A DNA stretch of 61,975 nt, the filler included, from Clostridiaceae bacterium (GTDB taxonomy: Bacteria; Bacillota; Clostridia; CAYPLH01; DUMO01), in NCBI GenBank assembly GCA_012839865.1. It is 8 parts of 8 records of this genome, joined end to end, with 100 filler letters (N's around TTAATTAATTAA, not from the genome) between each part and the next. Parts side by side here need not be neighbours in the genome. Positions count along the whole stretch, not along the records: positions 51,626 to 60,340 come from DUMO01000032.1; positions 60,441 to 61,975 come from DUMO01000060.1; 6 more parts are not named here. The stretch is one strand, 5' to 3'. A program made the position numbers and the translations under genes. Positions 52,078 to 61,715 of this stretch are shown piece by piece. How positions within the stretch are numbered: the stretch's first letter is position 1; each line of letters begins with the position of its first letter. Under the pieces are notes generated by a model. That model searched no databases. It saw only the letters and a program-made list of their open reading frames with translations, and was not told the DNA's origin.

Positions 52078-52302
52078 TTATAATTCAAACCAGGTGATTG
52101 TTGTCAATAAACCTGCAGTGGTGCCTTCTTTAATGTTTGTATCAAAGAAACATATTATACTATGACCTGGGGGAACGATAATTTGTCCACGTAAGTCAAT
52201 AGAAAATTCACCGGATGAAAAGTACGATGTGAATAGTCGTCTTCCAAAGTTAATTTGAAGAGGGTCCGGGTTTTGACTAATAATTAGGGTGCTGGTGAAC
52301 AC
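52078..52302 (-). CDS. Hypothetical protein or fragment (weak DUF6143-like)
   Basis: GQIIVPPGHSIICF resembles DUF6143 C-termini; no good start. Confidence 0.3.
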   Translation of the reverse strand: MFTSTLIISQNPDPLQINFGRRLFTSYFSSGEFSIDLRGQIIVPPGHSIICFFDTNIKEGTTAGLLTTITWFEL

Positions 52303-52510
52303 ATACTATAATATTCAAAAACAGGGATATGGGTTTATTTGTTATACTGAAAGAGGCAGATTGAGAATAGTATTAAAATAAATGAATCTTTGGTTTTATG
52401 GTATAATAGGGTATATTCTAGGAGGATCTGTGTGTAAGGTTTTAGTATTATTTACGAAGTATTTGATTAATCTTATGTGGTCAAGTTCTTTTAAAGGGGA
52501 GTGAAAGATA

Positions 52511-52858
52511 ATGGCAAAGTATGAAAGGCACCTTGAAGGCGATTTTAGTGAACTGTTGAACTGGGTTCATAGTGATATTACAAGAGGAAGCATTTCAGCC
52601 AGCTATGAAGATGGCAGTGATTATACCACAGGGTCGGTAAGAGTAGCGGTTCGCGTTTATGAGCGTTACAGTATGATGGGAAAAAACCGTGTAAGCCTTA
52701 ACATTACTCTTGTTGGAGAAGGATCAAGGTTATTTATTTCGGCTATTAGCTCCGGGGGCAGCCAAGCAGTGTTTTTCAAGGTTAATACCTGGGGAGAAAG
52801 TTCGTTTCTTGATTTATGTGCTGAGTCGGTTGAAAGATATATTTCGCAGCGGAGATAG
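52511..52858 (+). CDS. Conserved hypothetical protein (DUF6054-like)
   Basis: VRVYERYSMMGKNRVSLNITLV..SSGGSQAVFFKVNTWGE. Confidence 0.7.
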   Translation: MAKYERHLEGDFSELLNWVHSDITRGSISASYEDGSDYTTGSVRVAVRVYERYSMMGKNRVSLNITLVGEGSRLFISAISSGGSQAVFFKVNTWGESSFLDLCAESVERYISQRR

Positions 52859-52901
52859 AAATGGGGAGATAATCAGTAACGACAAAGGAGGAAGATTACT
52901 T

Positions 52902-53126
52902 ATGCCTAAATATGAGTTTGAATGCAACCATTGCAAAGAGAAGTTTGAGCTTTCGCTATCCATGAAAGAAAGAGAAAATGCAAGGATTGTATGTCCAAAT
53001 TGCAAATCTTCTGATGCAAACCAAATATATTCGGGGATCTTTGTAAATACCAGAAGCTCAGCAAAACCCAATTTTGATGGATGCTGCAGAGACTGCGATA
53101 GTTGTATGCACAGTGGAAGGAGATAG
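52902..53126 (+). CDS. FmdB-family zinc-ribbon protein
   Basis: MPKYEFECNHC..F..CPNCKS; RBS AAGGAGG. Confidence 0.85.
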   Translation: MPKYEFECNHCKEKFELSLSMKERENARIVCPNCKSSDANQIYSGIFVNTRSSAKPNFDGCCRDCDSCMHSGRR

Positions 53127-53129
53127 TGG

Positions 53130-53617
53130 AGTAAAGAAGGATGGCTCACTTCCCTGGAATTGTGTATATAGGGCCCCGGCTGAGTCAGGTATTTTTGGTT
53201 TCAGATACATGATTCGGCATAAACCCTTTGGAGGCAACCCTTGCTTATATGCTGCAGCATATGGCCGAAGTGTGGAAATTTTCAAATCCACCAATGGCTG
53301 TGATTGGTGTAAAACAAAAAACACCTGTTCATTTCAGCCCTGTATTTCTTGATGGATTATCTAACCTGAAAAACTATGGAGGTAGAATACTTTATGTTGA
53401 CAGTCAGGACGATTTATATATAGGAACTGCTAATCCTTTTGAAGGCTGCGAAGTTTGGAGGATAAAGGGTATTGAACACTGTGATTTATATCCTTGTGAT
53501 GAGAACCATTATAATAAAATCTGGAAGGCAAACGAAAAAATAAAAGATAAATTTAATACGTTAAATGAGAAATTGTCAACAATATCTAAGCTCATAACCG
53601 AGGATTTTTCCTTTTAA
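53130..53617 (+). pseudogene. Fragments of a beta-propeller-like hypothetical protein
   Basis: Piece 1 ..LYAAAYGRSVEIFKSTNGCDW and piece 2 ..NYGGRILYVDSQDDLYIGTANPFEGCEVW are in different frames; no start or RBS. Confidence 0.55.
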
Positions 53618-53849
53618 TTGGCTGCTATATTATTAATTTAAGAATAAGCCGGTGATGCAAATCTTGTTAAACTAATCACCGGTCATGAAGAAAAGAGTAA
53701 ATTGAGTAAAAGTATTAATATTACGATAAAGATTAAGTAAACAACTGGACAAATATGATAAGAAAACGGCATAATCGTGACAATGACTATGCCGTTTTTA
53801 GCTGTTGTTTGATAATTTAGACACTATGTTTCTCACATGCTTTGCTTTT

Positions 53850-54308
53850 TTATTTAATTAATGTAAATTTTCCTATTATAGGGAGAGGTTTTTGCTCACC
53901 CTTATTAGCGCTTGACATACCGATAATCACTAAAGCAATTATCGCTATTGCCCATGCCCATGAGATTAGGGATGTAATGGACCATAACCTCCAAGATATT
54001 GCTAAAATGATTCCTGATAAAATGTTCACAACAATTTGACCTGCAACAGATGTAATCAGAAGTAAAAGTCCCTGATTTGCATGAAAGCGGCCAACTTTAG
54101 AATTTGGGCATGAAACTAAAGGAAGGAAGAATAGTATGCCCAAATAAGCCAGAATAAAAATCACCTTGTTCTCCTGAGCTTCATTAATAACAGGAGCTTT
54201 CGCGGAGGCTGCCTGCGTATTCTCTTGTTCAACTGCAACAGGTGAGCCGCATCCACCACAAAAGTTTGCACTGCCGGCAATCTCTTTACCACAATTTCTA
54301 CAATACAT
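53850..54308 (-). CDS. Zinc-ribbon plus 3-TM membrane protein (DUF4870-like)
   Basis: MYCRNCG..FCGGCG; LAYLGILFFLPL..RFHANQGL..KPLPIIG. Confidence 0.8.
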   Translation of the reverse strand: MYCRNCGKEIAGSANFCGGCGSPVAVEQENTQAASAKAPVINEAQENKVIFILAYLGILFFLPLVSCPNSKVGRFHANQGLLLLITSVAGQIVVNILSGIILAISWRLWSITSLISWAWAIAIIALVIIGMSSANKGEQKPLPIIGKFTLIK

Positions 54309-54356
54309 TATAATACCCCCATTTTTAATTTAAATTGTCTTGCTATGTCGAATATT

Positions 54357-55490
54357 TCATTCAATTCTAAATATCTCATATATTCTGGTTGACATAATTA
54401 CTGCCTGCTCGCATGTTGTTGTTGCATAGCCCATAGCTTCTTCAGCAGGAGTTACAGCCTTTGGCATGAACTTACCATCGGCTCCTTTTATAATACCAAG
54501 CTTGCTCATGAATTTTACATGTTCCAGTGCCCATGAAGATATATGCTCTTCATCGGTAAAGGTGGGTGCGCCTTCAATTGAAAAGTCAACATCGGGAGCC
54601 ATTACACGGATTGCCCTTCCAAGCATGGTTGCCACCTGCTCACGGTTGGTTAAAGATTTAGGATCAAACTTGTTGTTTCCAATTCCCTGAATGATACCAA
54701 GCTTATTGGCTTTCAATATCTCAGGGTTATCTGTATCGGTAAAGGGATTTGGAGACACCGGCTCAGCTTTAACTCCGGTCATTTTTTCATACAAGCGTAC
54801 AGCAACTTCAGCAAACTCTTCACGGGTTATAGGTGCACTCATTTTGTCCCTGATAGAGTCGGGTATAAGATCATATTCTGCGGCTTTATCGAGCTCAGGC
54901 ACTGCCCAATCAGATGCACCGCTATAATAAGCAGCATTACCAATGGTCACAATATTGGATAAGTCCGAATTTATCTCATTGTTCATCCAACCACCAATCG
55001 GTCCCCAGAGTGTGTAAAAGTACGCACGGAACTGATAGCGCTGAGCTTCAATATTAAGCGCACCGGCGTCGTCATAGCTTGAATAGGGACGGTATTCAAA
55101 ATAGCCATCATCCAAATAATCCTCAATCCACATAGATGTATTCCAATACAGCGAGGGTCCTTCATTCCAGTCATAATCGTTAACTTTATAGTCAAACTGT
55201 ATGCAGATTTCTTCACATCTTATCCCTTTATAATACTCATCATTCTCACTTAAATTAGCATTAATCTCTAGTACACTTTGGGGTATATCAAGTTTTATTT
55301 CAAAATAGGGCAGATTATCTTCATCATACTTAAGCTCAGCTGTCAGATTTTGTGGGGTTTCCAGCGAAAAAGGGGCTTTGAGCTCTACTACTTCGTCAAA
55401 ACTGTCTGTGCCCTCTTCTGCTGATACCGCAAAAGACATCATGCTTATAAGAAGTACTGCAAGTATAAAAGCTAATATTTTTCTTATCAC
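54357..55490 (-). CDS. Secreted protein with C-terminal SLH domains
   Basis: Signal peptide; ASDWAVPEL, ITREEFA, TNREQVA, ISSWALEHV. Confidence 0.82.
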   Translation of the reverse strand: MIRKILAFILAVLLISMMSFAVSAEEGTDSFDEVVELKAPFSLETPQNLTAELKYDEDNLPYFEIKLDIPQSVLEINANLSENDEYYKGIRCEEICIQFDYKVNDYDWNEGPSLYWNTSMWIEDYLDDGYFEYRPYSSYDDAGALNIEAQRYQFRAYFYTLWGPIGGWMNNEINSDLSNIVTIGNAAYYSGASDWAVPELDKAAEYDLIPDSIRDKMSAPITREEFAEVAVRLYEKMTGVKAEPVSPNPFTDTDNPEILKANKLGIIQGIGNNKFDPKSLTNREQVATMLGRAIRVMAPDVDFSIEGAPTFTDEEHISSWALEHVKFMSKLGIIKGADGKFMPKAVTPAEEAMGYATTTCEQAVIMSTRIYEIFRIE

Positions 55491-55584
55491 CTAAATTACC
55501 TCCCAAATATTTTGTATTAATTTATTTATCAATCCCCTAAGACTACTGTCTTATAGGGAGCCCTCCTTCTTACATCCAATGATC

Positions 55585-57780
55585 CTACTTTATGTTTATT
55601 GCTCCAAATCCAAACTTATACTTGGTACTTTTATCCTTTATTGCCACGCCTGTAATAGTCGATTTTTTAACTACTACTATTTCGCTTTTTCCAAACATTC
55701 CGATTTTCCCTCCAACTTCTCTGATGTGTATAATTCCGCGGTCGGTAATTGCTCCATCCTTACTCTGGCAAATATATCCGCCCTCCAGGGTTCCGCCGGT
55801 AAAGCTGATATTTCCGATTATTTTGGCACCTTTTCCTACAGCCTCTTTTACCGTTTTTGAGTTATCTATAAACCATTCGGTGCTTCCCTGCGCTTTTGAA
55901 CCCAATGCAAAGTAGGATTCTGTGTAGCATTTATCCCAAGGTTCATCGTACAGCAGGTTTTTTGATTGGCCTGCACTGGATACCGGTGTATCCAGGCTAT
56001 ATTTTAATCTTTCGCCGTCTGTTGAAATAGAACCACCAACGCCAAACACATCACCTTCGAAACCGACATCAGGCAGATCTCCTTCTTCTTTAAAATTCGA
56101 AATAGCCTGCTTTTCGATCTCCGGAACCATACTATCCTCATCCTTTTCTGATTTTGATGGTTCCGCTTCCTGTGCATCCACGCCGCTTAGTCCAGCTAAC
56201 GCATCAAAAATTGACTGTAAAGCATCAACATGATCAAACGAGACGTCCATGTCAACGTAATTACTTGACCAGCTGAGCATACCGCCAAGGGCAACTCCAA
56301 CATATTCATAAACAGTTATAGTACGCTCAAGGTCAAACTGGGTAAATACATCTTCATTAGTAATGTATTTTAAAATCCCGCCCGACCGGAGCCAATACTC
56401 TTCTAAAATTTGTTTTATTTCGTTATAACAGTTTTTGGACAAGGATATAGCTCTTGGTGTTAAACCTTTGTAAACATTTCTTTGCCGCTCGAGGCTTTCT
56501 TTCCATCTTTCAAGAGCTTGATTTTGTATTTCCATAAGTTCTTCAAAAGTCATTGGTGTAATTTCATAATTTCCCTCAGTAGTTTCTCTGGGCTCCTGGT
56601 AATCTTCTTCTACAATTTTTAAAACTGCTTCGGCTGCTTCACTATGAAGTTCTTCCATTTCTTTTTCATATTTTAAGCGGCATTTTTCAAGTTTAAAGTT
56701 ATAATAGGATTGAAGCACTTTAAAAGCATAAATCTGCCTTAAATTTTTCTTAATCGGATAAATCCCTTGCCCTCCCTTGGGGTAGTCATTTAAATAATCT
56801 TCAGCAGAATACTGATATTTATAGTACCCCCTTTGAACATCGTAGCGCGTAAAATGAATTTCCTCTGCCCTTTCATTAAGAAAACCACTTATTTCGGAAA
56901 GATTAATAGTGTCTATTTTAGGAAAGGGTTGTATTTTAATTTGTGCCTCGGGAGTATCTATTCCATCATTTATAAAGGCAGTGTCCACATTCTCTTTAGC
57001 AATTAAATATAATTCTTTGATAAACTCCTCTTTAAGTGGATATTCATCTTCTTCGGGGTTAAGCTCCTCAACCGCTTCCAAAAAGGATTCAAAATGGTGA
57101 ATGGTAATTTCATTAAAACAGTGCTTTGCGCTTTTCACCATAGTTTCAGCAGCTAATATGTCGTCTCCGTTCTTTAAGTGAATAGTAGTTAACACCTGGT
57201 AAGCCGGTCCAAAATCCGGGGCTGCCATAAGCGCTCTACGTGCACAGCTTTCTGCTTCTGCAAAATTATCTAATTCAATAAAAAGATTAGCGGCATTTGT
57301 AAGAATAACAGGGTTTTCAGGATCCTGCTCCAAAGCTTTTAAAAAGAAATATAGAGAATCTTCACGGGATTTTTCTGCAAGCATTGAACCAAAATTATTT
57401 AGAAGCAAAGGGTGTGGATATTCCTTTACAATCTCCGCAGCCAATCCAAAGGTAATATTATTCTCAAAGTCCAACACACATGACATCGCCATGTCATCGG
57501 CAAATCCCAGGGCGATTTCAACTTTCTTGGCAGGGTCTGCTTTTGTAAACTCTACGAATAAGGGGTGTTTTTTTATTTCCGAATTATTTTTGACATAACC
57601 GGATATAACTTTGTCCAATTCTTCGATTGATTCGTTGCTTTTGTTACCTGCAGCTTTTGTATTTACCGGGAAAAAGTTCTTATTGGCATCAACATTATTT
57701 CCCTTATCTTTTTTACCACAACCTGATAGTGTACTGACGAAAATCATTACAATCATTATCAAAGCATAAATTTTTCTCAA
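55585..57780 (-). CDS. TPR-containing lipoprotein
   Basis: TTG start behind AGGAGG; lipobox TLSGC; TPR segments LLNNFG..ALEQDPENPVILTNAA..FGPAYQVL. Confidence 0.78.
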   Translation of the reverse strand: MRKIYALIMIVMIFVSTLSGCGKKDKGNNVDANKNFFPVNTKAAGNKSNESIEELDKVISGYVKNNSEIKKHPLFVEFTKADPAKKVEIALGFADDMAMSCVLDFENNITFGLAAEIVKEYPHPLLLNNFGSMLAEKSREDSLYFFLKALEQDPENPVILTNAANLFIELDNFAEAESCARRALMAAPDFGPAYQVLTTIHLKNGDDILAAETMVKSAKHCFNEITIHHFESFLEAVEELNPEEDEYPLKEEFIKELYLIAKENVDTAFINDGIDTPEAQIKIQPFPKIDTINLSEISGFLNERAEEIHFTRYDVQRGYYKYQYSAEDYLNDYPKGGQGIYPIKKNLRQIYAFKVLQSYYNFKLEKCRLKYEKEMEELHSEAAEAVLKIVEEDYQEPRETTEGNYEITPMTFEELMEIQNQALERWKESLERQRNVYKGLTPRAISLSKNCYNEIKQILEEYWLRSGGILKYITNEDVFTQFDLERTITVYEYVGVALGGMLSWSSNYVDMDVSFDHVDALQSIFDALAGLSGVDAQEAEPSKSEKDEDSMVPEIEKQAISNFKEEGDLPDVGFEGDVFGVGGSISTDGERLKYSLDTPVSSAGQSKNLLYDEPWDKCYTESYFALGSKAQGSTEWFIDNSKTVKEAVGKGAKIIGNISFTGGTLEGGYICQSKDGAITDRGIIHIREVGGKIGMFGKSEIVVVKKSTITGVAIKDKSTKYKFGFGAINIK

Positions 57781-57993
57781 ACGATTCCACCTCCTGTAAT
57801 AGAGAAAACAAAGCTCCATGGGGTATCCTTGCTTTACCCGCTCTTTGGTGTTACTTTACTAACACCAATAATTAATTCATGCTACACACACGTAGCTTTT
57901 CAAGCTGAAAGTCTCAAAGTGCTTTTAAAAGACAAGAAAATTGTAGCAAATTGAATGGTAAATTACTTGCACTAAATTTCACTGGATTTGCTA

Positions 57994-58863
57994 TTATTGC
58001 TCTAATTTTGCATAAGACCTGTAGATGGAAGGAGTAGTCCCGGTTTTCTTTTTAAACATGCGTATGAAGTGACTCATATTATTAAAACCGCACTCATGAC
58101 AGATGTCAGTTATAGAAACATCCCCCGTTGCAAGCATTAACTTTGCCTTTTCCAATTTTATTTCCAGAAGATAATCGTAGGGTGTTTTTCCCATGTACTC
58201 CTTAAATATTCTGATTAAGTGAAAGCGACTTACTCCTACCAGCTCTGACAACACTTCCAGATTACAATCGTTTTTATAATTGTCCCTTATGTAGTCAACA
58301 ACTTTTTCTATCTTAATTGTATCAGTATTAAAAGGTTTACCCCACTCAAAATTGGTTGGATTTTTTCGGGTTACCCGGTAAATAAGAATAGCGATGGTGC
58401 GGCTTAAATTTTCAAGCATTGCATACTTTTCAGGAGTGTCAGTTGTGCTTTCTTTCATAAACAATTTGATCATTGTGAATAACTCCGGATGTACCGGATA
58501 GTTGGCATTATCAAATCTTGCGGGTTGTTCATGAAAGGCATTATAGATAATGTTATTCATCAGATCTTCATCATAAGATAAGTTTATAAATTTTACCCTT
58601 TCCATCTTACCGCTAACACCATGATCCTGTCCAGGGTTAATAGGGACTATATGGTTTTTATAACCATAAATATTTGCGCCATCAATCTTGAGAAGTGGCA
58701 TATCAATTAGTGGCAGCATGAACTCATAGCCTCGATGTCGGTGAACGCCGGCAGAAAAAAACGTTATTTCATACTTGGGGGAGGAAATATACATCCCCAA
58801 ACCCTCATAGGTTAATATTTGAGGTAAAAATTCTTCATTAAGGGTAGGTATATTCTTGTTCAT
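57994..58863 (-). CDS. AraC-family regulator with cupin-like sensor domain
   Basis: HRHRGYEF; LEVLSELVGVSRFHLIRIFK..GFNNMSHFIRMFKK. Confidence 0.92.
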   Translation of the reverse strand: MNKNIPTLNEEFLPQILTYEGLGMYISSPKYEITFFSAGVHRHRGYEFMLPLIDMPLLKIDGANIYGYKNHIVPINPGQDHGVSGKMERVKFINLSYDEDLMNNIIYNAFHEQPARFDNANYPVHPELFTMIKLFMKESTTDTPEKYAMLENLSRTIAILIYRVTRKNPTNFEWGKPFNTDTIKIEKVVDYIRDNYKNDCNLEVLSELVGVSRFHLIRIFKEYMGKTPYDYLLEIKLEKAKLMLATGDVSITDICHECGFNNMSHFIRMFKKKTGTTPSIYRSYAKLEQ

Positions 58864-58908
58864 TTAAGCACCCCGTCCCCATAAAATAATTTTGTATGTA
58901 TTATTATA

Positions 58909-59871
58909 TTAACATATTCTGCCTTGAGATTGTGAATTATTTTTTTTCCACTTGATTCCCTGGAAACTGTTTCGCCTTTTTAATTCCCGGTCAATACCCG
59001 ATAATACCCTGAGCTTATCCAAACTCCACAAGGGTGCCGCTAGTAATTTTTTAACCCCATCGCCTGTAACTCGGTGCACAACTATCTCGGGCGGTAATAT
59101 TTCCAGGGCATTGCATACTACATTTATATATTGATCATAAGTGAACAAATCAAACGGATGAGCGCGGTAATAATCATACAAATCAGTATCTTTCTGAATG
59201 TACAGCATATGAAGCTTAACACCCCAAACACCAAGTCCTGATACAAATTTAACTGTATCCAGCATGTCTTTATCACTCTCACCTGGAAGCCCTAATATAA
59301 GGTGCACTACTACACGGATATTCTTATCCTTAAGACTGTTAACTGCTTTGGTAAAACACTCAAGGTCATACCCCCTTCTTATAAACTCAGCTGATTTTTG
59401 GTGTATAGTCTGCAGTCCAAGTTCAACCCATAAAAAAGTTTTCTGTGCCAACTCCTCTAGTAATCCCAAAACTTCAGCAGGCAGACAATCAGGCCTTGTA
59501 GCAACAGCCATTCCTGCAATATCAGTGCCTGATAGTGCAGTTTCATACCTTTGCCGCAAAACTTTCAATGGCGCGTATGTGTTGGTATAACTCTGAAAAT
59601 AAGCAATATATTTTGCATTAGGCCACTTTGAAGATAACCGGTTCTTTTGCTCTTCCATCTGCTCCAGAATATCAGTATCCCGACTGCCTGCAAAATCCCC
59701 GGATCCCTTTTTTCCGCAGAAAATACACCCTCTTTCGCCAATAGTGCCATCTCTGTTAGGGCATGTAAAACCTGCATCAAGCGACAGTTTGACAACCTTT
59801 TGTCCAAAGGTTTCTTTTAGCTCATAGTCAAGAGTATGATACCTTTTATCATACCAGTTCAAGCAAATCAC
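58909..59871 (-). CDS. TIGR01212/YhcC-family radical SAM protein
   Basis: LDAGFTCPNRDG..GCIFC, YFQSYTNTY, ATRPDC, ELGLQT. Confidence 0.92.
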   Translation of the reverse strand: MICLNWYDKRYHTLDYELKETFGQKVVKLSLDAGFTCPNRDGTIGERGCIFCGKKGSGDFAGSRDTDILEQMEEQKNRLSSKWPNAKYIAYFQSYTNTYAPLKVLRQRYETALSGTDIAGMAVATRPDCLPAEVLGLLEELAQKTFLWVELGLQTIHQKSAEFIRRGYDLECFTKAVNSLKDKNIRVVVHLILGLPGESDKDMLDTVKFVSGLGVWGVKLHMLYIQKDTDLYDYYRAHPFDLFTYDQYINVVCNALEILPPEIVVHRVTGDGVKKLLAAPLWSLDKLRVLSGIDRELKRRNSFQGIKWKKNNSQSQGRIC

Positions 59872-60208
59872 GCCTTTTTTGTTAATTCGGGGTCTATAGC
59901 AATAAATTTCACCCGAAAGCTAGTTTAACCTTAAATTAAGTTAATCTTACCGCTTAATGATTAAAAGTCAATATAGAAATTTTATTGAGCAGAACTTGTG
60001 AGAGCAGATTCTCGCCATGATATTGTAAAATACTACTATGTGCCGTTAAGGAGAAAACAATGATGCTAGCAGTTTATCGCCAGTATAGCGTTGGTTAATC
60101 AGAGGAGCGTTAGCCGTTGTGTTTTAATTACATTCTTTACAATTCTGCTGAACTTATCTAGCTCAAGAAGCATCCATCCAGGCGTTTTACGACGGACTAT
60201 GCAGAACG

Positions 60209-60238
60209 CTCCTATTTTCAAATGGGAGATGAATGCAC
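60209..60238 (+). mobile_element. Possible degenerate IS200/IS605-like right end without transposase genes
   Basis: GCTCCTATTTTCAAATGGGAGATGAATGCAC parallels GCTCCTCAATTCATTGAGGAGAGGATGTCAC at 52033-52063. Confidence 0.3.
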
Positions 60239-60340
60239 AAGAAATCAGAAGCTAAACCTTAAAACCAAATTCAATAACACTAAACTTATTATTGCATAAA
60301 AAGGCATAACATGGTATACTGTTCTTGAGAGAACATATGT

Positions 60341-60440
60341 NNNNNNNNNNNNNNNNNNNNNNNNNNNNNNNNNNNNNNNNNNNNTTAATTAATTAANNNN
60401 NNNNNNNNNNNNNNNNNNNNNNNNNNNNNNNNNNNNNNNN
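60341..60440. other. Artificial linker
   Basis: N44-TTAATTAATTAA-N44. Confidence 0.98.
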
Positions 60441-60458
60441 ACATACAACGTTTAATGG

Positions 60459-60550
60459 TATAATACTCATGAGACCTAAACGCTCCTTTCTGGGAGGTAA
60501 TGGTTTGTGGCAATTTCCATTATACCAGAAGCGTTTCAGGTCTCATTTTT
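60459..60550 (+). promoter_or_regulatory. TATAAT box followed by long hairpin/terminator enclosing a GGAGGT-ATG
   Basis: ATGAGACCTAAACGCT...AGCGTTTCAGGTCTCAT-TTTT. Confidence 0.45.
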
Positions 60551-60585
60551 ATTATTAAGTTAACAGAACAGTCCGGGATAAAGGG

Positions 60586-60816
60586 ATGAACTGGTATGAT
60601 AAGATAAGGCACCCGATGTACACATCTACAATATTATTGTTTTTGTCCATGCCCTTGATACTTGGCTCTTTGTTTTCGTTTATTATATTTTTAATATATC
60701 CGGTAATTACAGTCAAGAGGATCAAAAACGAGGAAGAGGTGCTGGAAAAGGACCTGGAGGGGTATAGGGAGTATAAAAAGCGTGTGAAGTATAGATTGAT
60801 TCCGTTTGTGTGGTAG
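60586..60816 (+). pseudogene. C-terminal fragment of isoprenylcysteine carboxyl methyltransferase family protein
   Basis: IRHPMY..RIKNEEEVL..GYREYKKRVKYRLIPFVW; N-terminal TM part missing. Confidence 0.7.
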
Positions 60817-61007
60817 TGGGAAGAGAATGGGGTAAAGATTAAAACATGTGCTGTGTTTGTCGATAATACTGTGGATTGCAGACAGGATTATATGTGGCAT
60901 ACAAGATAAATTTTATAGTATTTTTAACGCAAGCAACAACAGAATAAGTTATATTGAATACATGAAAAACCTATCTGTGTACACACTTAAATTGAGAGGT
61001 CTTGATT

Positions 61008-61298
61008 ATGAACCCAAAAACATACGAATTTGACGCGATCATTCGTAAAGTTCCCGACATCGACGGTGCATATGTTGAATTCCCTTATGATGTGAAAGCT
61101 GAGTTTGGCAAAGGCAGGGTAAAAGTACATGCAACCTTTGACGGCGAACCTTACGATGGCAGTCTGGTAAACATGGGAATCAAAAACCCTGATGGCTCAG
61201 TGTGTTACATCATTGGCTTGAGAAAGGATATCCGCCAAAAAATCGGTAAACAGCCGGGGGATACTGTTAAAGTAACTATCAGAGAAAGGGCTGAGTAA
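61008..61298 (+). CDS. DUF1905-domain protein
   Basis: [39 protein letters not shown]. Confidence 0.85.
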   Translation: MNPKTYEFDAIIRKVPDIDGAYVEFPYDVKAEFGKGRVKVHATFDGEPYDGSLVNMGIKNPDGSVCYIIGLRKDIRQKIGKQPGDTVKVTIRERAE

Positions 61299-61304
61299 AT
61301 AATT

Positions 61305-61715
61305 ATGTGGACATGTCCAAAATGCAATCGCGAGTTCAAAAAAGAAGATCAGAATCATTTTTGCGGCAGACCGTCAACAACGGTTGATGAATATATTGAA
61401 GGGCAGCCTTTGAAAATCAGGCCGATTTTAAATAAGGTGCGGGACACAATCCGCAAAGCACTGCCGAATGTTGAAGAGCGTATTTCCTGGGCCATGCCGA
61501 CTTATCGGGGCAAGCAAAATATTATCCATTTTGCAGCTCACAAAAAGCATTTAGGTCTGTATCCCGGCGATAAAGCCATGGAGTATTTTGCGGAACGCCT
61601 GTCCGGGTATAAGACAAGCAAGGGTGCAGTGCAGTTTCCATATGACAAACCGATTCCGTATGAATTGATAGCAGAAATTGCAATATGGTGCTATGAAACA
61701 GGGAATCGTCATTGA
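61305..61715 (+). CDS. DUF1801/YdhG (iron chaperone-like) protein with N-terminal CPKC
   Basis: TVDEYI..EERISWAMPTY..HFAAHKKHLGLYP..SKGAVQFP..IPYELI. Confidence 0.85.
   Translation: MWTCPKCNREFKKEDQNHFCGRPSTTVDEYIEGQPLKIRPILNKVRDTIRKALPNVEERISWAMPTYRGKQNIIHFAAHKKHLGLYPGDKAMEYFAERLSGYKTSKGAVQFPYDKPIPYELIAEIAIWCYETGNRH

Noticed and set aside
60181..60210. ATAGTCC on the minus strand as a group I intron S element (IStron)
   Set aside because: No matching R element or P7 partner was found.
15181..60440. Seven identical TTAATTAATTAA motifs inside N runs, and ORFs ending in X..LIN
   Set aside because: Artificial contig linkers; ORF ends and gene adjacency across them are not biological.
59847..60602. 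Shared 14-mer AACTGGTATGATAA (NWYDK) at the starts of the radical SAM gene and the ICMT fragment
   Set aside because: Opposite strands, different contigs, no extension; likely coincidence.
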